DNA of 64,000 nt from contig JAUCBJ010003267.1 of NCBI GenBank assembly GCA_032718475.1, positions 33,512 to 97,511 on the forward strand, given 5' to 3'. Every line of letters begins with the position of its first letter. Position 1 is the stretch's first letter. Position numbers and translations under genes: made by a program. This document shows, in pieces, positions 35,861 through 47,900 of this stretch. The stretch comes from Nemertoderma westbladi (lineage: Eukaryota; Animalia; Xenacoelomorpha). The notes under the pieces were generated by a model. That model searched no databases. It was not told where the DNA came from and saw nothing but the letters and a program-made list of their open reading frames with translations.

Positions 35861-38746
35861 ATGTCGAACAAAAGTAGAAGTTCATGGTGGGGTTATGGTG
35901 GGAAATCAAGGCAATTTCATTCACTGGATAACCTTAAGTATCTATATCACGTTTTAACTAAGAATGGAACAGTAACCGAAAACAACTCTACTCTTTTAGT
36001 GGAAACTTTGCGTTCGATTTCCGAGATACTTATTTGGGGAGACCAGAATGACAGTAGTGTATTTGATTTCTTTCTCGAAAAGAACATGCTGTCGTATTTC
36101 GCTAGAATTCTCCGACAGAAATCTGCTCGGTTTATTGTAGTTCAACTCCTACAAACGCTCAATATATTATTCGAGAATATTCGCCACGAAACCTCGCTGT
36201 ACTATCTCTTGTCTAACAACCATGTAAACTCTATGATCCAACATAAATTCGACTTTACCGACGAAGAAGTTCTCGCTTACTACATATCCTTCCTAAAAAC
36301 CCTGTCTCTCAAACTCAACACGCAGACCATTCATTTCTTCTTCAACGAAACCACCTTGGACTTCCCGCTCTACACGGAAGGCATCAAGTTCTACAACCAC
36401 TCAGAGAACATGGTCCGCATCGCCGTTCGCACTATCACCCTCAATGTGTTCCGAGTAAACGACGCAGCTATGCAAGACTACATCCGCGCGCGGACCGCCG
36501 GGCCATACTTCAGTAACCTCGTCTGGTCCATCGGCAACCACGCCCTTGACCTCGACCATGGACTCCGGGCAGCCCTCGTCAATGGGTCCGGACTCAGTGA
36601 CAACCTGAACCTCGTCGCCGGTCTGGTCGCCGAGCATCTCGACTACCTCCACTACGTCAACGACATCCTCGCGCTTAACATCCGCCCGATCACAGCCATC
36701 CTCTCGGAGCACCTCATCCGCCATCTCTTTGTCCCGGTCTACATCGCTTCCCTCTCCTCGCAATCCTCAACGCGAGAACCCAGAATAGACCGAGGCGTGG
36801 CCATGTTCCTCCTCTCTCACGTCTACCTCATTATCAACTGCGGCGTCCTCATAGACGAGTTGACCCGGACGATGAGTGGCGGGTTCGACGGCATCGATCC
36901 GCTGTGGCGGTTTCTCCCGCCTTCCGGCACGGTCCGTGAGCTCCTCAGTGACGACCCCCCTCCCTCCCCCTCCTCTCTCGGTCGGTCGACTTTCTATGAA
37001 TCCTCGCCGACTTCTCAGCGTGACTCCGTAAACGCGACAGACGAAGAGAAACTCGCAACCTCGACGGATCTCTCGTCGATATTCGCGAGTTCTGTCGTCC
37101 GCTGTCTCGCCGATAAGGCCGACTCCTTCCTCCTCCTCTCGCTCTCGCTGATATACGCGATGGAGCAGAACCCCTCACTGGGTAGCGAGGCGCGCGGTTC
37201 GGTTAATCTCTCGGGATGGGATGACCCGAACCCTATCCTCGAGGGCGTCATCGACATCGCGAAACGGAGCTGTCAATCAAACAGTAAGATACGTCCGGTC
37301 ACGTTGGAGTTAGCTATCGAGTTGCTAACGAGTGTCTGCGCAGTGAGGGAACCGTTGGAGGCCACCACCGCCGGTGGTGCTGCACCGCACAACGTCAGGT
37401 ACCGTCTACCCGACCGTTACCTCGCCCAGCTCCTTGCCGTCGGCGAGTCCGCCACTGTGACACTCCGAAACTTCTACCGAACCGAGGACGTTTTCCTCGA
37501 CATGTTCGAGGACGAGTTCACCAATATCTCTAGTAATCGTATCAACGTCGAGTTGCTACTGATGGACCCCACGGTGCCGCTACCGCCGGCGCAGACCCCG
37601 CTCAGTGGGATCCCGTTCGGTCGGCGTCTCCCGTGCGGCGCGGTCGAACGAACCCGTCGCGGGATCCGCGTCTACCTCCTACTCCGGGGCCTCGGCCTCC
37701 GACTCCAGGAGGAGACCGAGACGCGACTCCCGTTGTCTCGCCTCCCGCGAGTCACCATCGCAGATAAGCTCAACCTCACCAACTCGGATCTCATATCGTG
37801 CGCGCTGGTCCAACGCGACGGTGCCGAGTGCCGTCCGGCCATCCGGCGGTTCCTCGTCGTCCAATCCCAGCGGATGATCCTCGTGGAACCCGACTCGAAG
37901 AAACTCGGTTGGGGTGTGGTTCAGTTCGTGGGGTCCCTCCAGCACGTGGATGTCTCAGGGGACAAGGAGGATTCCAGACTGCTTCACGTCACCATCCACA
38001 AGGCTGATAGCGCCGACAACCACGGACGGAGGAAGGCCGCACCCGAACTAACCGCCCAACTCCTATTCGACGATCACATCCGCTGCATGGCGGCGCGACA
38101 ACGACTCACTAAGGGTCGAACTCGCACTCGTCAGACCAAGCTCGAGGCCTTGGCCTCGTTGTTGGACATCCCAGACAGCGCCTCCAGCGGCGGCCCTCCT
38201 CAGCCATCTCGGGTCCCTCCGCTTCAACGCCGCTCATCCCAGCCACAGACCCAACCCCGCAGCGCTCCGGCCTACACCCGCATTAGGACCTCGCCTTCCA
38301 TCACCAACCAGTTCAAGAACCTAAGTCTTCTCGAGGAGATAAACTCTGAGTTGTTACCTCGTCGACCATCTAGTCTGTCGACTCCCTCTATGTCTTCCTT
38401 GTTGACGCCGCCATCCGGCTTGCCGCCCACCCAGTCGCTCCAACTGGTCCCCCCTGACGAGACCCATTACGCCCCCCATGTGGCCCCCCCAGGGGACCCC
38501 CATTGGGAGACAGGGATCCAGTCGCCCCCCGGCCCCCATCTACCCAACTCCGAGTCCCAGCTCACTGCCCTCAAGGAGTTGATGGGTCATCATCAGTCGG
38601 ATGGGGGAATGGAGGGGGCTGGTGTGGGGAAGAAAGGGGGGCCTATTGAGATGGAACCGATGGGGGGTGGAATTGCTGTATGTGAAGCAGACAGCTGCAC
38701 TGAATCGCCGCCACCTGGTCTTCAATCATCCATGAACCGCATATAA
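35861..38746 (+). CDS. CLEC16A: CLEC16A / GOP-1 / Ema homolog (FPL domain), intronless, 961 aa
   Basis: Conserved N-terminus HSLDNLKYLYHVLTKN..LVETLRSISEILIWGDQNDSSVFDFFLEKNML..FPLYTE..MVRIAVRT; C-terminal region FLDMFEDE..LLMD..TPLSGI..RLPCG..LVEPD..LGWGVV..FDDHIRCMAARQRLTKGR; divergent Pro/Ser-rich tail. Confidence 0.95.
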   Translation: MSNKSRSSWWGYGGKSRQFHSLDNLKYLYHVLTKNGTVTENNSTLLVETLRSISEILIWGDQNDSSVFDFFLEKNMLSYFARILRQKSARFIVVQLLQTLNILFENIRHETSLYYLLSNNHVNSMIQHKFDFTDEEVLAYYISFLKTLSLKLNTQTIHFFFNETTLDFPLYTEGIKFYNHSENMVRIAVRTITLNVFRVNDAAMQDYIRARTAGPYFSNLVWSIGNHALDLDHGLRAALVNGSGLSDNLNLVAGLVAEHLDYLHYVNDILALNIRPITAILSEHLIRHLFVPVYIASLSSQSSTREPRIDRGVAMFLLSHVYLIINCGVLIDELTRTMSGGFDGIDPLWRFLPPSGTVRELLSDDPPPSPSSLGRSTFYESSPTSQRDSVNATDEEKLATSTDLSSIFASSVVRCLADKADSFLLLSLSLIYAMEQNPSLGSEARGSVNLSGWDDPNPILEGVIDIAKRSCQSNSKIRPVTLELAIELLTSVCAVREPLEATTAGGAAPHNVRYRLPDRYLAQLLAVGESATVTLRNFYRTEDVFLDMFEDEFTNISSNRINVELLLMDPTVPLPPAQTPLSGIPFGRRLPCGAVERTRRGIRVYLLLRGLGLRLQEETETRLPLSRLPRVTIADKLNLTNSDLISCALVQRDGAECRPAIRRFLVVQSQRMILVEPDSKKLGWGVVQFVGSLQHVDVSGDKEDSRLLHVTIHKADSADNHGRRKAAPELTAQLLFDDHIRCMAARQRLTKGRTRTRQTKLEALASLLDIPDSASSGGPPQPSRVPPLQRRSSQPQTQPRSAPAYTRIRTSPSITNQFKNLSLLEEINSELLPRRPSSLSTPSMSSLLTPPSGLPPTQSLQLVPPDETHYAPHVAPPGDPHWETGIQSPPGPHLPNSESQLTALKELMGHHQSDGGMEGAGVGKKGGPIEMEPMGGGIAVCEADSCTESPPPGLQSSMNRI

Positions 38747-40149
38747 TTGAAATCCTTTATATTTTTGTTATACATGGTGGGGTGAGTGGCCACTGTGGGG
38801 TGGGGTGAGGGGAAAGATCAGTATTATTTGTTATGGAGAAGGTAAGGGACACGTTTTTATTTTAACTTCTGCGAATAGACACTCGTATCGCTGAGGTCAT
38901 AATATACATTTGATTAATTTGGGCGACAGCGCTTTCATTGCATATTATTATTATATTAATCGGAACATCCTTATTAATTTTTAATAACAATTAAGTCATA
39001 AGTTAATTAACAATATTTCTCTGTTATATTTAATGTTTGCGGAGGGAATTGAGGGCTGGTCTAGGAGGTGTAACATCACCTTAGTGTCGGTTGGTCTACG
39101 AAATTTGTTGTCAAATGGTTATAAGGAAAACCGAAATCGGTAATCATTTAGATGGGTGGCCAACCGAAAGCAGAGGCAGACGAAAAATAATGTATCTTAT
39201 TTCGGAATAATTGATTTTTATTTTTCAGTAACATAAGCTGTGTTGTTAACACTTAAAACAGTTTGTATGAAATTGTGTTGGTATTGGTGCATTTGTTATT
39301 ATTAGGTTGTTTTAGCTCTATATTTATTTATTTTAAGAATTGTGCGTTACTATATCTAAAATTACTTTTCACTCACTGTGCGCTGATATTGTGTAATAAC
39401 AATAAGTAATTATTTCTTTCATTTGTAATAGTGTCTTTCGTTTTCACAAAGTATTTTATTCATTACCTCTTCAAAATTTTAATCCCCTATAATTCACACA
39501 ATCTAAGTAGTAATTAGCACCTCATAATCTCAATATATATTTATCGTTAACATTTTTATTTACTTACTCATTGAATATAGACAATATATAAATATACGTA
39601 ACATTAAATAAAACTATTAATTCATTTAATTAATAAGTTTTTGTAAATTCCTCAATACAAGGCGGAACTGAAACATTCAGGATCCGCGTTTTACTCTGAC
39701 CCTATCTTTAGTAGGTCATGGGTGAATGAATTTCAGACCTACCAAAGACGAAGGGCAATATCAAATAGCTGAAAGGTTTCCCTTCAATCTAGCTAATCTT
39801 TATCGTCCCAATAAAGCTCGCGGTGGGGCCAGGGAACAGAAAGGAAGATCGTTGACAACAATTATAGGCATTCTGTCAAAATGTTGATTTTATATTAATT
39901 AATGTACAATCATTATTGACTATTGAGTTGGGAGATTATATTATATATTTCATAAAAAACCGTGGTTAACTTCCAGATATCACTGTTTGTATGCGATAAA
40001 GTGCATTACGAAGTTTATTATGTCCTACTTTTAACTCCCATATTGGTATTTAACCATAAACCACTATAAACCAAGTATAAACCACTATTAAAATGTGGAA
40101 TCAATCACTATGAATTATTTGCAATGATAAATATACACGGGGGGGGGGG

Positions 40150-40711
40150 GGGGGGGAGTATCGTGCGGCAGAAGACGCAGAAGTGCAGAGCGAACCCCTA
40201 AGGATTCGGTAGTCCAACCGCCATGATCCACTGTCGAGACTTCCAGGTGGTTCAGCATTACAAAGACCTAGCCGTTATCTAGCAACGGATTATAAACAAT
40301 GAAATCGGGAAGGCTTTTACTTTCAGACATTTCGCCCTCTAAGGCAGTCTGGAGAATTGCAGATGGATCAGTGTCATCACAAAGATAGCCTTTTGTCAAA
40401 GTACAGTTTCAGCTTGAACGTTTTATAAACAACGAAATACGGCCGAAGATTTTCACCTTCCCGGGTTTTTCACTTTCCTATACCGGAAACCTGGGAACTC
40501 ATACCGCTGAGCTGTGATGATAACCAACCCCCAAACCTACCCCCTCCCAAATTACCATACATTTTAGACAGATGATTAGACTACATGAGTACCAATTTAT
40601 TTAATTTCATCTGAGATGACGGAGTTTATTCTACTCTTAGGCGACAGATAACAGTTGAAATCGCCGTACCCGTATGCTAAGCTAAGCTCGCTTTCTGCGA
40701 GGCTCGCCCCA
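40150..40711 (+). mobile_element. Diverged relative of the 27484-29744 element (single core unit)
   Basis: ACTTTCAGACATTTCGCCCTCTAAGGCAGTCTGGAGAATTGCAGATGGAT matches the 315-bp unit; ends GCTAAGCTCG..GGCTCGCCCCAAT. Left boundary approximate. Confidence 0.6.
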
Positions 40712-40907
40712 ATCACCGACTGGTACAAAATATGAAATGTTCATACCGGTCTTGTGACGGCTGCTCGTTCTCGCGAATATTTAAAGGCTAACCAGTTCAG
40801 TCAATCCACTCGAGCCACTGAATTCGCCTCTCGCGGTATGAGTGAATTTGCGTCTTGCAGCCGCACCAAAGTGTACAGTATCAATTTATTGTTCTATTGT
40901 ATTTCAG

Positions 40908-41049
40908 ATAAACACGGATTGTGATTATGGGGCTCTGACCGATATAATACTGCACACTGACTGCACGTTGTTACCACGTTTCTATACAATAGTAGAACAC
41001 GCTCTGGGTACCGATAAATCTAACCGAATAAAGAAGAAAAACAAGGAAG
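40908..41049 (+). CDS. DGKQ: DGK-theta exon (extended C1 motif)
   Basis: tttcag| and |gttagt; INTDCDYGALTDIILHTDC matches the EC.FG.L..++LP motif after C1c; phase 0 to 1. Confidence 0.88.
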
Positions 41050-41640
41050 GTTAGTGTATTTATTTGGGAGTTTCACACATACAAATTGCATATTTGAATA
41101 TTTGGTAAAACATTGTAATTAGTATGACTGTCTGTACTGATTTAGGATAATTATATTCGTGGGCTTGGAGGTAGGTATATAAGGTAGGCCTACTTAGTGT
41201 GTGTAATAATTTGGTCATTTGAGAACTGAAAATATATCCTATATGGAAAACGGAAATTTTGTTAAGATTGTAAATATTTTGCAAAAATATTTCCCATTTA
41301 AATTTCGATTTGGTAAAAATTAATGGTAAAAATATCCTGTATATTTATCCACCGTTTTTACTGTTTAAAAATATCCTGTATATTTATAGTTATCCACCGT
41401 GTTTACTGTTTAAAATGAATTTGATGAATTTGCCAATTATTTTCAGTCTTCTTTTTCAATTATCATAAAAAGAAGTTCAACTTCTCAATTACATTTAGTA
41501 TTTTATGTGAATGAAACCTTATCCTACATTATACAGTATCTGTTGTAATGAAATCTTGTGAATACGCACCCCATCCCATGCGATGGGTGGGGGGTAATAT
41601 ATAATATGCTCTGCTCATTATGATTATTTATATTCTATAG

Positions 41641-41894
41641 GGAAGTCGGCGTGGCTTGAGGAAAAACCCGAGGATTCGGAATGGGTGCAGCAACGTAGCC
41701 CCCCGGTGTCTGGGAGTCAGCAGTCGTCCGTAGAGGGTGAACCGACAGTAGAACCAGTGACCCCAGACGGGCAGGGCAGCCAGACACGGCAACTAGTGCG
41801 GATACGGGTGTACGATGGGTCCCAGGACTTGAAAAGGGGCACTAGTCCCACCACCGTTCTGGTAACGAAAGACGCCGACACAAACCAAATATTG
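41641..41894 (+). CDS. DGKQ: DGK-theta exon (linker, start of RA-like region)
   Basis: ctatag| and |gtaagc; phase 1 to 0; ..VRIRVYDGSQ..VLVTKDADTNQIL. Confidence 0.85.
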
Positions 41895-41928
41895 GTAAGC
41901 TGTATGTTTGTTGTTGTTGAGTTGTTTC

Positions 41929-44900
41929 ACATATATTTGTTTGTCACCTATTTTTAGACTTCCCTTCCCATATATTTGTGCCCTTTCTGACGCCTCCCAC
42001 CCTACAGACTTCCCATATATTTGTGCCCTTTCTGACGCCTCCCTCTCTACATACTTCCATATATTTGTGCCCTTTCTGACGCCTCCCACCCTACAGACTT
42101 CCCATATATTTGTGCCCTTTCTGACGCCTCCCTCTCTACATACTTCCATATATTTGTGCCGTTTCTGACGTCTTCCTCCCTACAGACTTCCCATATATTT
42201 GTGCCCTTTCTGACCCCTCCTTCCCTACATACTTCCCATATATTTGGGCCCTTTCTGACGCATCCCTCTCTACAGACTTCCCATATATTTGTGCCCTTTC
42301 TGACGTCTTTCTCCCTACAGACTTCCCATATATTTGTGCCCTTTTTGACGCCTCCCTCCCTACAGACTTCCCATATATTTGTAACCTTTCTGTATTTCAA
42401 CCACGCCTCCCTATAGACTTCCTTTACCATATATTTGTGCCCTTTCTGACGCCTCCCTCCCTACAGACTTCCCATATATTTGTGCCCTTTCTGACGCCTC
42501 CTTCCCTACAGACTTCCCATATATTTGTAACCTTTCTGTATCTCAACCACGCCTCCCTATAGACTTCCCTTCCCATATAATGGTTTGTTACCTTTTTATA
42601 GACTTCCCTTCCCATATATTTGTGCCCTTTCTGACGTCTTTCTCCCTACATACTTCCCATATATTTGGTCCCTTTCTGACACCTCCCTCCCTACAGACTT
42701 CCCATATATTTGTGCCCTTTCTGACGCCTCCCTCCCTATACAGACTTCCCATATATTTGTAACCTTTATGTATCTCAACCACGCCTCCCTATAGACTTCC
42801 CTTTCCATATTTGTGCCCTTTCTGACGCATCCCTCCCTACATACTTCCCATATATTTGTGCCCTTTCTGACGCCTCCCTCCCTACAGACTTTCCATATAT
42901 TTGTAATCTTTCTGTATCTCAACCACGCCTCCCTATAGACTTCCTTTCCCATATATTTGTGCCCTTTTTGACGCCTCCCTCCCTACAGACTTCCCATATA
43001 TTTGTGCCCTTTCTGACGCCTCCCTCTCTACATACTTCCATATATTTGTGCCCTTTCTGACGCCCCCCTCCCTACGGACTCCCCATATATTTGTGCCCTT
43101 TCTGACGCCTCCCTCCCCACGGACTTCCCATATATTTGTGCTTTTCTGACGCCTCCCCCCTACAGACTTCCATATATTTGTAACCTTTATGTATCTCAAC
43201 CACGCCTCCCTATAGACATCCCTCCCCATATATATGTGCCCTTTCTGACGCCTCCCTCCCTACGGACTCCCCATATATTTGTGCCCTTTCTGACGCCTCC
43301 CTCCCTACAGACTTTCCATATATTTGTAATCTTTCTGTATCTCAACCACGCCTCCCTATAGACTTCCTTTCCCATATATTTGTGCCCTTTTTGACGCCTC
43401 CCTCCCTACAGACTTCCCATATATTTGTGCCCTTTCTGACGCCTCCCTCTCTACATACTTCCATATATTTGTGCCCTTTCTGACGCCCCCCTCCCTACGG
43501 ACTCCCCATATATTTGTGCCCTTTCTGACGCCTCCCTCCCCACGGACTTCCCATATATTTGTGCTTTTCTGACGCCTCCCCCCTACAGACTTCCATATAT
43601 TTGTAACCTTTATGTATCTCAACCACGCCTCCCTATAGACATCCCTCCCCATATATATGTGCCCTTTCTGACGCCTCCCTCCCTACGGACTCCCCATATA
43701 TTTGTGCCCTTTCTGACGCCTCCCTCCCTACAGATTCGCATATATTTGTGCCCTTTCTGACGCCTCCCTCCCTACGGACTCCCCATATATTTGTGCCCTT
43801 TCTGACGCCTCCCTCCCTACAGACTTCACATATATTTGTGCCCTTTCTGACGCCTCCCTCCCTACAGACTTTCCATATATTTGTGCCCTTTCTGACGCCT
43901 CCATCCATACAGACTTCACATATATTTGTGCCCTTTATGACGCCTCCCTCCCTACAGACTTTCCATATATTTGTAACCTTTCTGACGCCTCCCTCCCTAC
44001 AGATTCGCATATATTGGTGCCCTTTCTGACGCCTCCCTCCCTCCCTACGGACTCCCCATATATTTGTGCCCTTTCTGACGCCTCCCTCCCTACAGACTTC
44101 ACATATATTTGTGCCCTTTCTGACGCCTCCCTCCCTACAGACTTTCCATATATTTGTGCCCTTTCTGACGCCTCCATCCATACAGACTTCCCATATATTT
44201 GTGCCCTTTCTGACGCCTCCATCCCTATGGACTCCCCATATATTTGTGCCCTTTCTGACGCCTCCCTCCCTACAGATTCGCATATATTTGTGCCCTTTCT
44301 GACGCCTCCCCCCCCTACGGACTCCCCATATATTTGTGCCCTTTCTGACGCCTCCCTCCCTACAGACTTCACATATATTTGTGCCCTTTCTGACGCCTCC
44401 CTCCCTACGGACTCCCCATATATTTGTGCCCTTTCTGACGCCTCCCTCCCTACAGACTTCGCATATATTTGTGCCCTTTCTGACGCCTCCCTCCCTACAG
44501 ACTTTCCATATATTTGTGCCCTTTCTGACGCCTCCATCCATACAGACTTCACATATATTTGTGCCCTTTATGACGCCTCCCTCCCTACAGACTTTCCATA
44601 TATTTGTGCCCTTTCTGACGCCTCCATCCATACAGACTTCACATATATTTGTGCCCTTTATGACGCCTCCCTCCCTACAGACTTTCCATATATTTGTAAC
44701 CTTTCTGACGCCTCCCTCCCTACAGATTCCCATATATTTGTGCCCTTTCTGACGCCTCCCTCCCTACAGACTTCCCATATATTTGTGCCCTTTCTGACGC
44801 CTCCCTCCCTACAGACTTTCCATATATTTGTGCCCTTTCTGACGCCTCCATCCCTACAGACTTCACATATATTTGTGCCCTTTCTGACGACTCCCTCCCT

Positions 44901-47900
44901 ACAGACTTTCCATATATTTGTGCCCTTTCTGACGCCTCCATCCTTAAAGACTTCCCATATATTTGTGCCCTTTCTGACGCCTCCATCCCTACAGACTTCA
45001 CATATATTTGTGCACTTTCTGACGCCTCCATCCCTACAGACTTTCCATATATTTGTAACCTTTCTGACGCCTCCATCCCTACAGACTTCACATATATTTG
45101 TGCCCTTTATGACGCCTCCCTCCCTACAGACTTTCCATATATTTGTAACCTTTCTGCCCCCCCTCCTCCCTACAGATTCCCATATATTTGTGCCCTTTCT
45201 GACGCCTCCCTCCCTACAGACTTTCCATATATTTGTGCCCTTTCTGACGCCTCCATCCATACAGACTTCACATATATTTGTGCCCTTTATGACGCCTCCC
45301 TCCCTACAGACTTTCCATATATTTGTAACCTTTCTGACGCCTCCCTCCCTACAGATTCCCATATATTTGTGCCCTTTCTGACGCCTCCCTCCCTACAGAC
45401 TTCCCATATATTTGTGCCCTTTCTGACGCCTCCCTCCCTACAGACTTTCCATATATTTGTGCCCTTTCTGACGCCTCCATCCCTACAGACTTCACATATA
45501 TTTGTGCCCTTTCTGACGCCTCCCTCCCTACAGACTTTCCATATATTTGTGCCCTTTCTGACGCCTCCATCCCTAAAGACTTCCCATATATTTGTGCCCT
45601 TTCTGACGCCTCCATCCCTACAGACTTCACATATATTTGTGCCCTTTCTGACGCCTCCCTCCCTACAGACTTTCCATATATTTGTGCCCTTTCTGACGCC
45701 TCCATCCCTACAGACTTCACATATATTTGTGCCCTTTATGACGCCTCCCTCCCTACAGACTTTCCATATATTTGTAACCTTTCTGCCACCCCTCCTCCCT
45801 ACAGATTCCCATATATTTGTGCCCTTTCTGACGCCTCCCTCCCTACAGACTTCCCATATATTTGTGCCCTTTCTGACGCCTCCCTCCCTACAGACTTCCC
45901 ATATATTTGTGCCCTTTCTGACGCCTCCATCCCTACAGACTTCACATATATTTGTGCCCTTTCTGACGCCTCCCTCCCTACAGACTTTCCATATATTTGT
46001 AACCTTTCTGCTCACCCCTCCTCCCTACAGATTCCCATATATTTGTGCCCTTTCTGACGCCTCCCTCCCTACAGACTTCCCATATATTTGTGCCCTTTCT
46101 GACGCCTCCCTCCCTACAGACTTCCCATATATTTGTGCCCTTTCTGACGCCTCCCTCCCTACAGACTTTCCATATATTTGTGCCCTTTCTGACGCCTCCC
46201 TCCCTACAGATTCCCATATATTTGTGCCCTTTCTGACGCCTCCCTCCCTACAGACTTTCCATATATTTGTGCCCTTTCTGACGCCTCCCTCCCTACAGAC
46301 TTCCCATATATTTGTACCCTTTCTGACGCCTCCATCCCTACAGACTTCACATATATTTGTGCCCTTTCTGACGCCTCCCTCCCTACAGACTTTCCATATA
46401 TTTGTAACCTTTCTGACGCCTCCCTCCCTACAGACTTCCCATATATTTGTGCCCTTTCTGACGCCTCCCTCCCTACAGACTTCCCATATATTTGTGCCCT
46501 TTCTGACGCCTCCATCCCTACAGACTTCCCATATATTTGTGCCCTTTCTGACGCCTCCCTCCCTACAGACTTTCCATATATTTGTGCCCTTTCTGACGCC
46601 TCCATCCCTACAGACTTCCCATATATTTGTGCCCTTTCTGACGCCTCCATCCCTACAGACTTCACATATATTTGTGCCCTTTCTGACGCCTCCATCCCTA
46701 CAGACTTTCCATATATTTGTAACCTTTCTGACGCCTCCATCCCTACAGACTTCACATATATTTGTGCCCTTTATGACGCCTCCCTCCCTACAGACTTTCC
46801 ATATATTTGTAACCTTTCTGCCCCCCCCCCCCTCCTCCCTACAGATTCCCATATATTTGTGCCCTTTCTGACGCCTCCCTCCCTACAGACTTCCCATATA
46901 TTTGTGCCCTTTCTGACGCCTCCCTCCCTACAGACTTCCCATATATTTGTGCCCTTTCTGACGCCTCCATCCCTACAGACTTCACATATATTTGTGCCCT
47001 TTATGACGCCTCCCTCCCTACAGACTTTCCATATATTTGTAACCTTTACTGTCCCCCCCCCTCCTCCCTACAGACTTCCCATATATTTGTGCCCTTTCTG
47101 ACGCCTCCCTCCCTACAGACTTCCCATATATTTGTGCCCTTTCTGACGCCTCCCTCCCTACAGACTTCCCATATATTTGTGCCCTTTCTGACGCCTCCCT
47201 CCCTACAGACTTTCCATATATTTGTAACCTTTCTGACGCCTCCCTCCCTACAGATTCCCATATATTTGTGCCCTTTCTGACGCCTCCCTCCCTACAGACT
47301 TTCCATATATTTGTGCCCTTTCTGACGCCTCCATCCCTACAGACTTCCCATATATTTGTGCCCTTTCTGACGCCTCCATCCCTACAGACTTCACATATAT
47401 TTGTGCCCTTTATGACGCCTCCCTCCCTACAGACTTTCCATATATTTGTGACCTTTCTGACGCCTCCCTCCCTACAGACTTCCCATATATTTGTGCCCTT
47501 TCTGACGCCTCCCTCCCTACAGACTCCCCATATATTTGTGCCCTTTCTGACGCCTCCCTCCCTACAGACTTCACATATATTTGTGCCCTTTCTGACGCCT
47601 CCCTCCCTACAGACTTTCCATATATTTGTGCCCTTTCTGACGCCTCCATCCATACAGACTTCACATATATTTGTGCCCTTTATGACGCCTCCCTCCCTAC
47701 AGATTTTCCATATATTTGTAACCTTTCTGACGCCTCCCTCCCTACAGATTCGCATATATTTGTGCCCTTTCTGACGCCTCCCTCCCTACGGACTCCCCAT
47801 ATATTTGTGCCCTTTCTGACGCCTCCCTCCCTACAGACTTCACATATATTTGTGCCCTTTCTGACGCCTCCCTCCCTACAGACTTTCCATATATTTGTAA

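Noticed and set aside
36401-38725. Overlapping ORFs within CLEC16A
   Set aside because: Expected by-product of GC-rich coding sequence.
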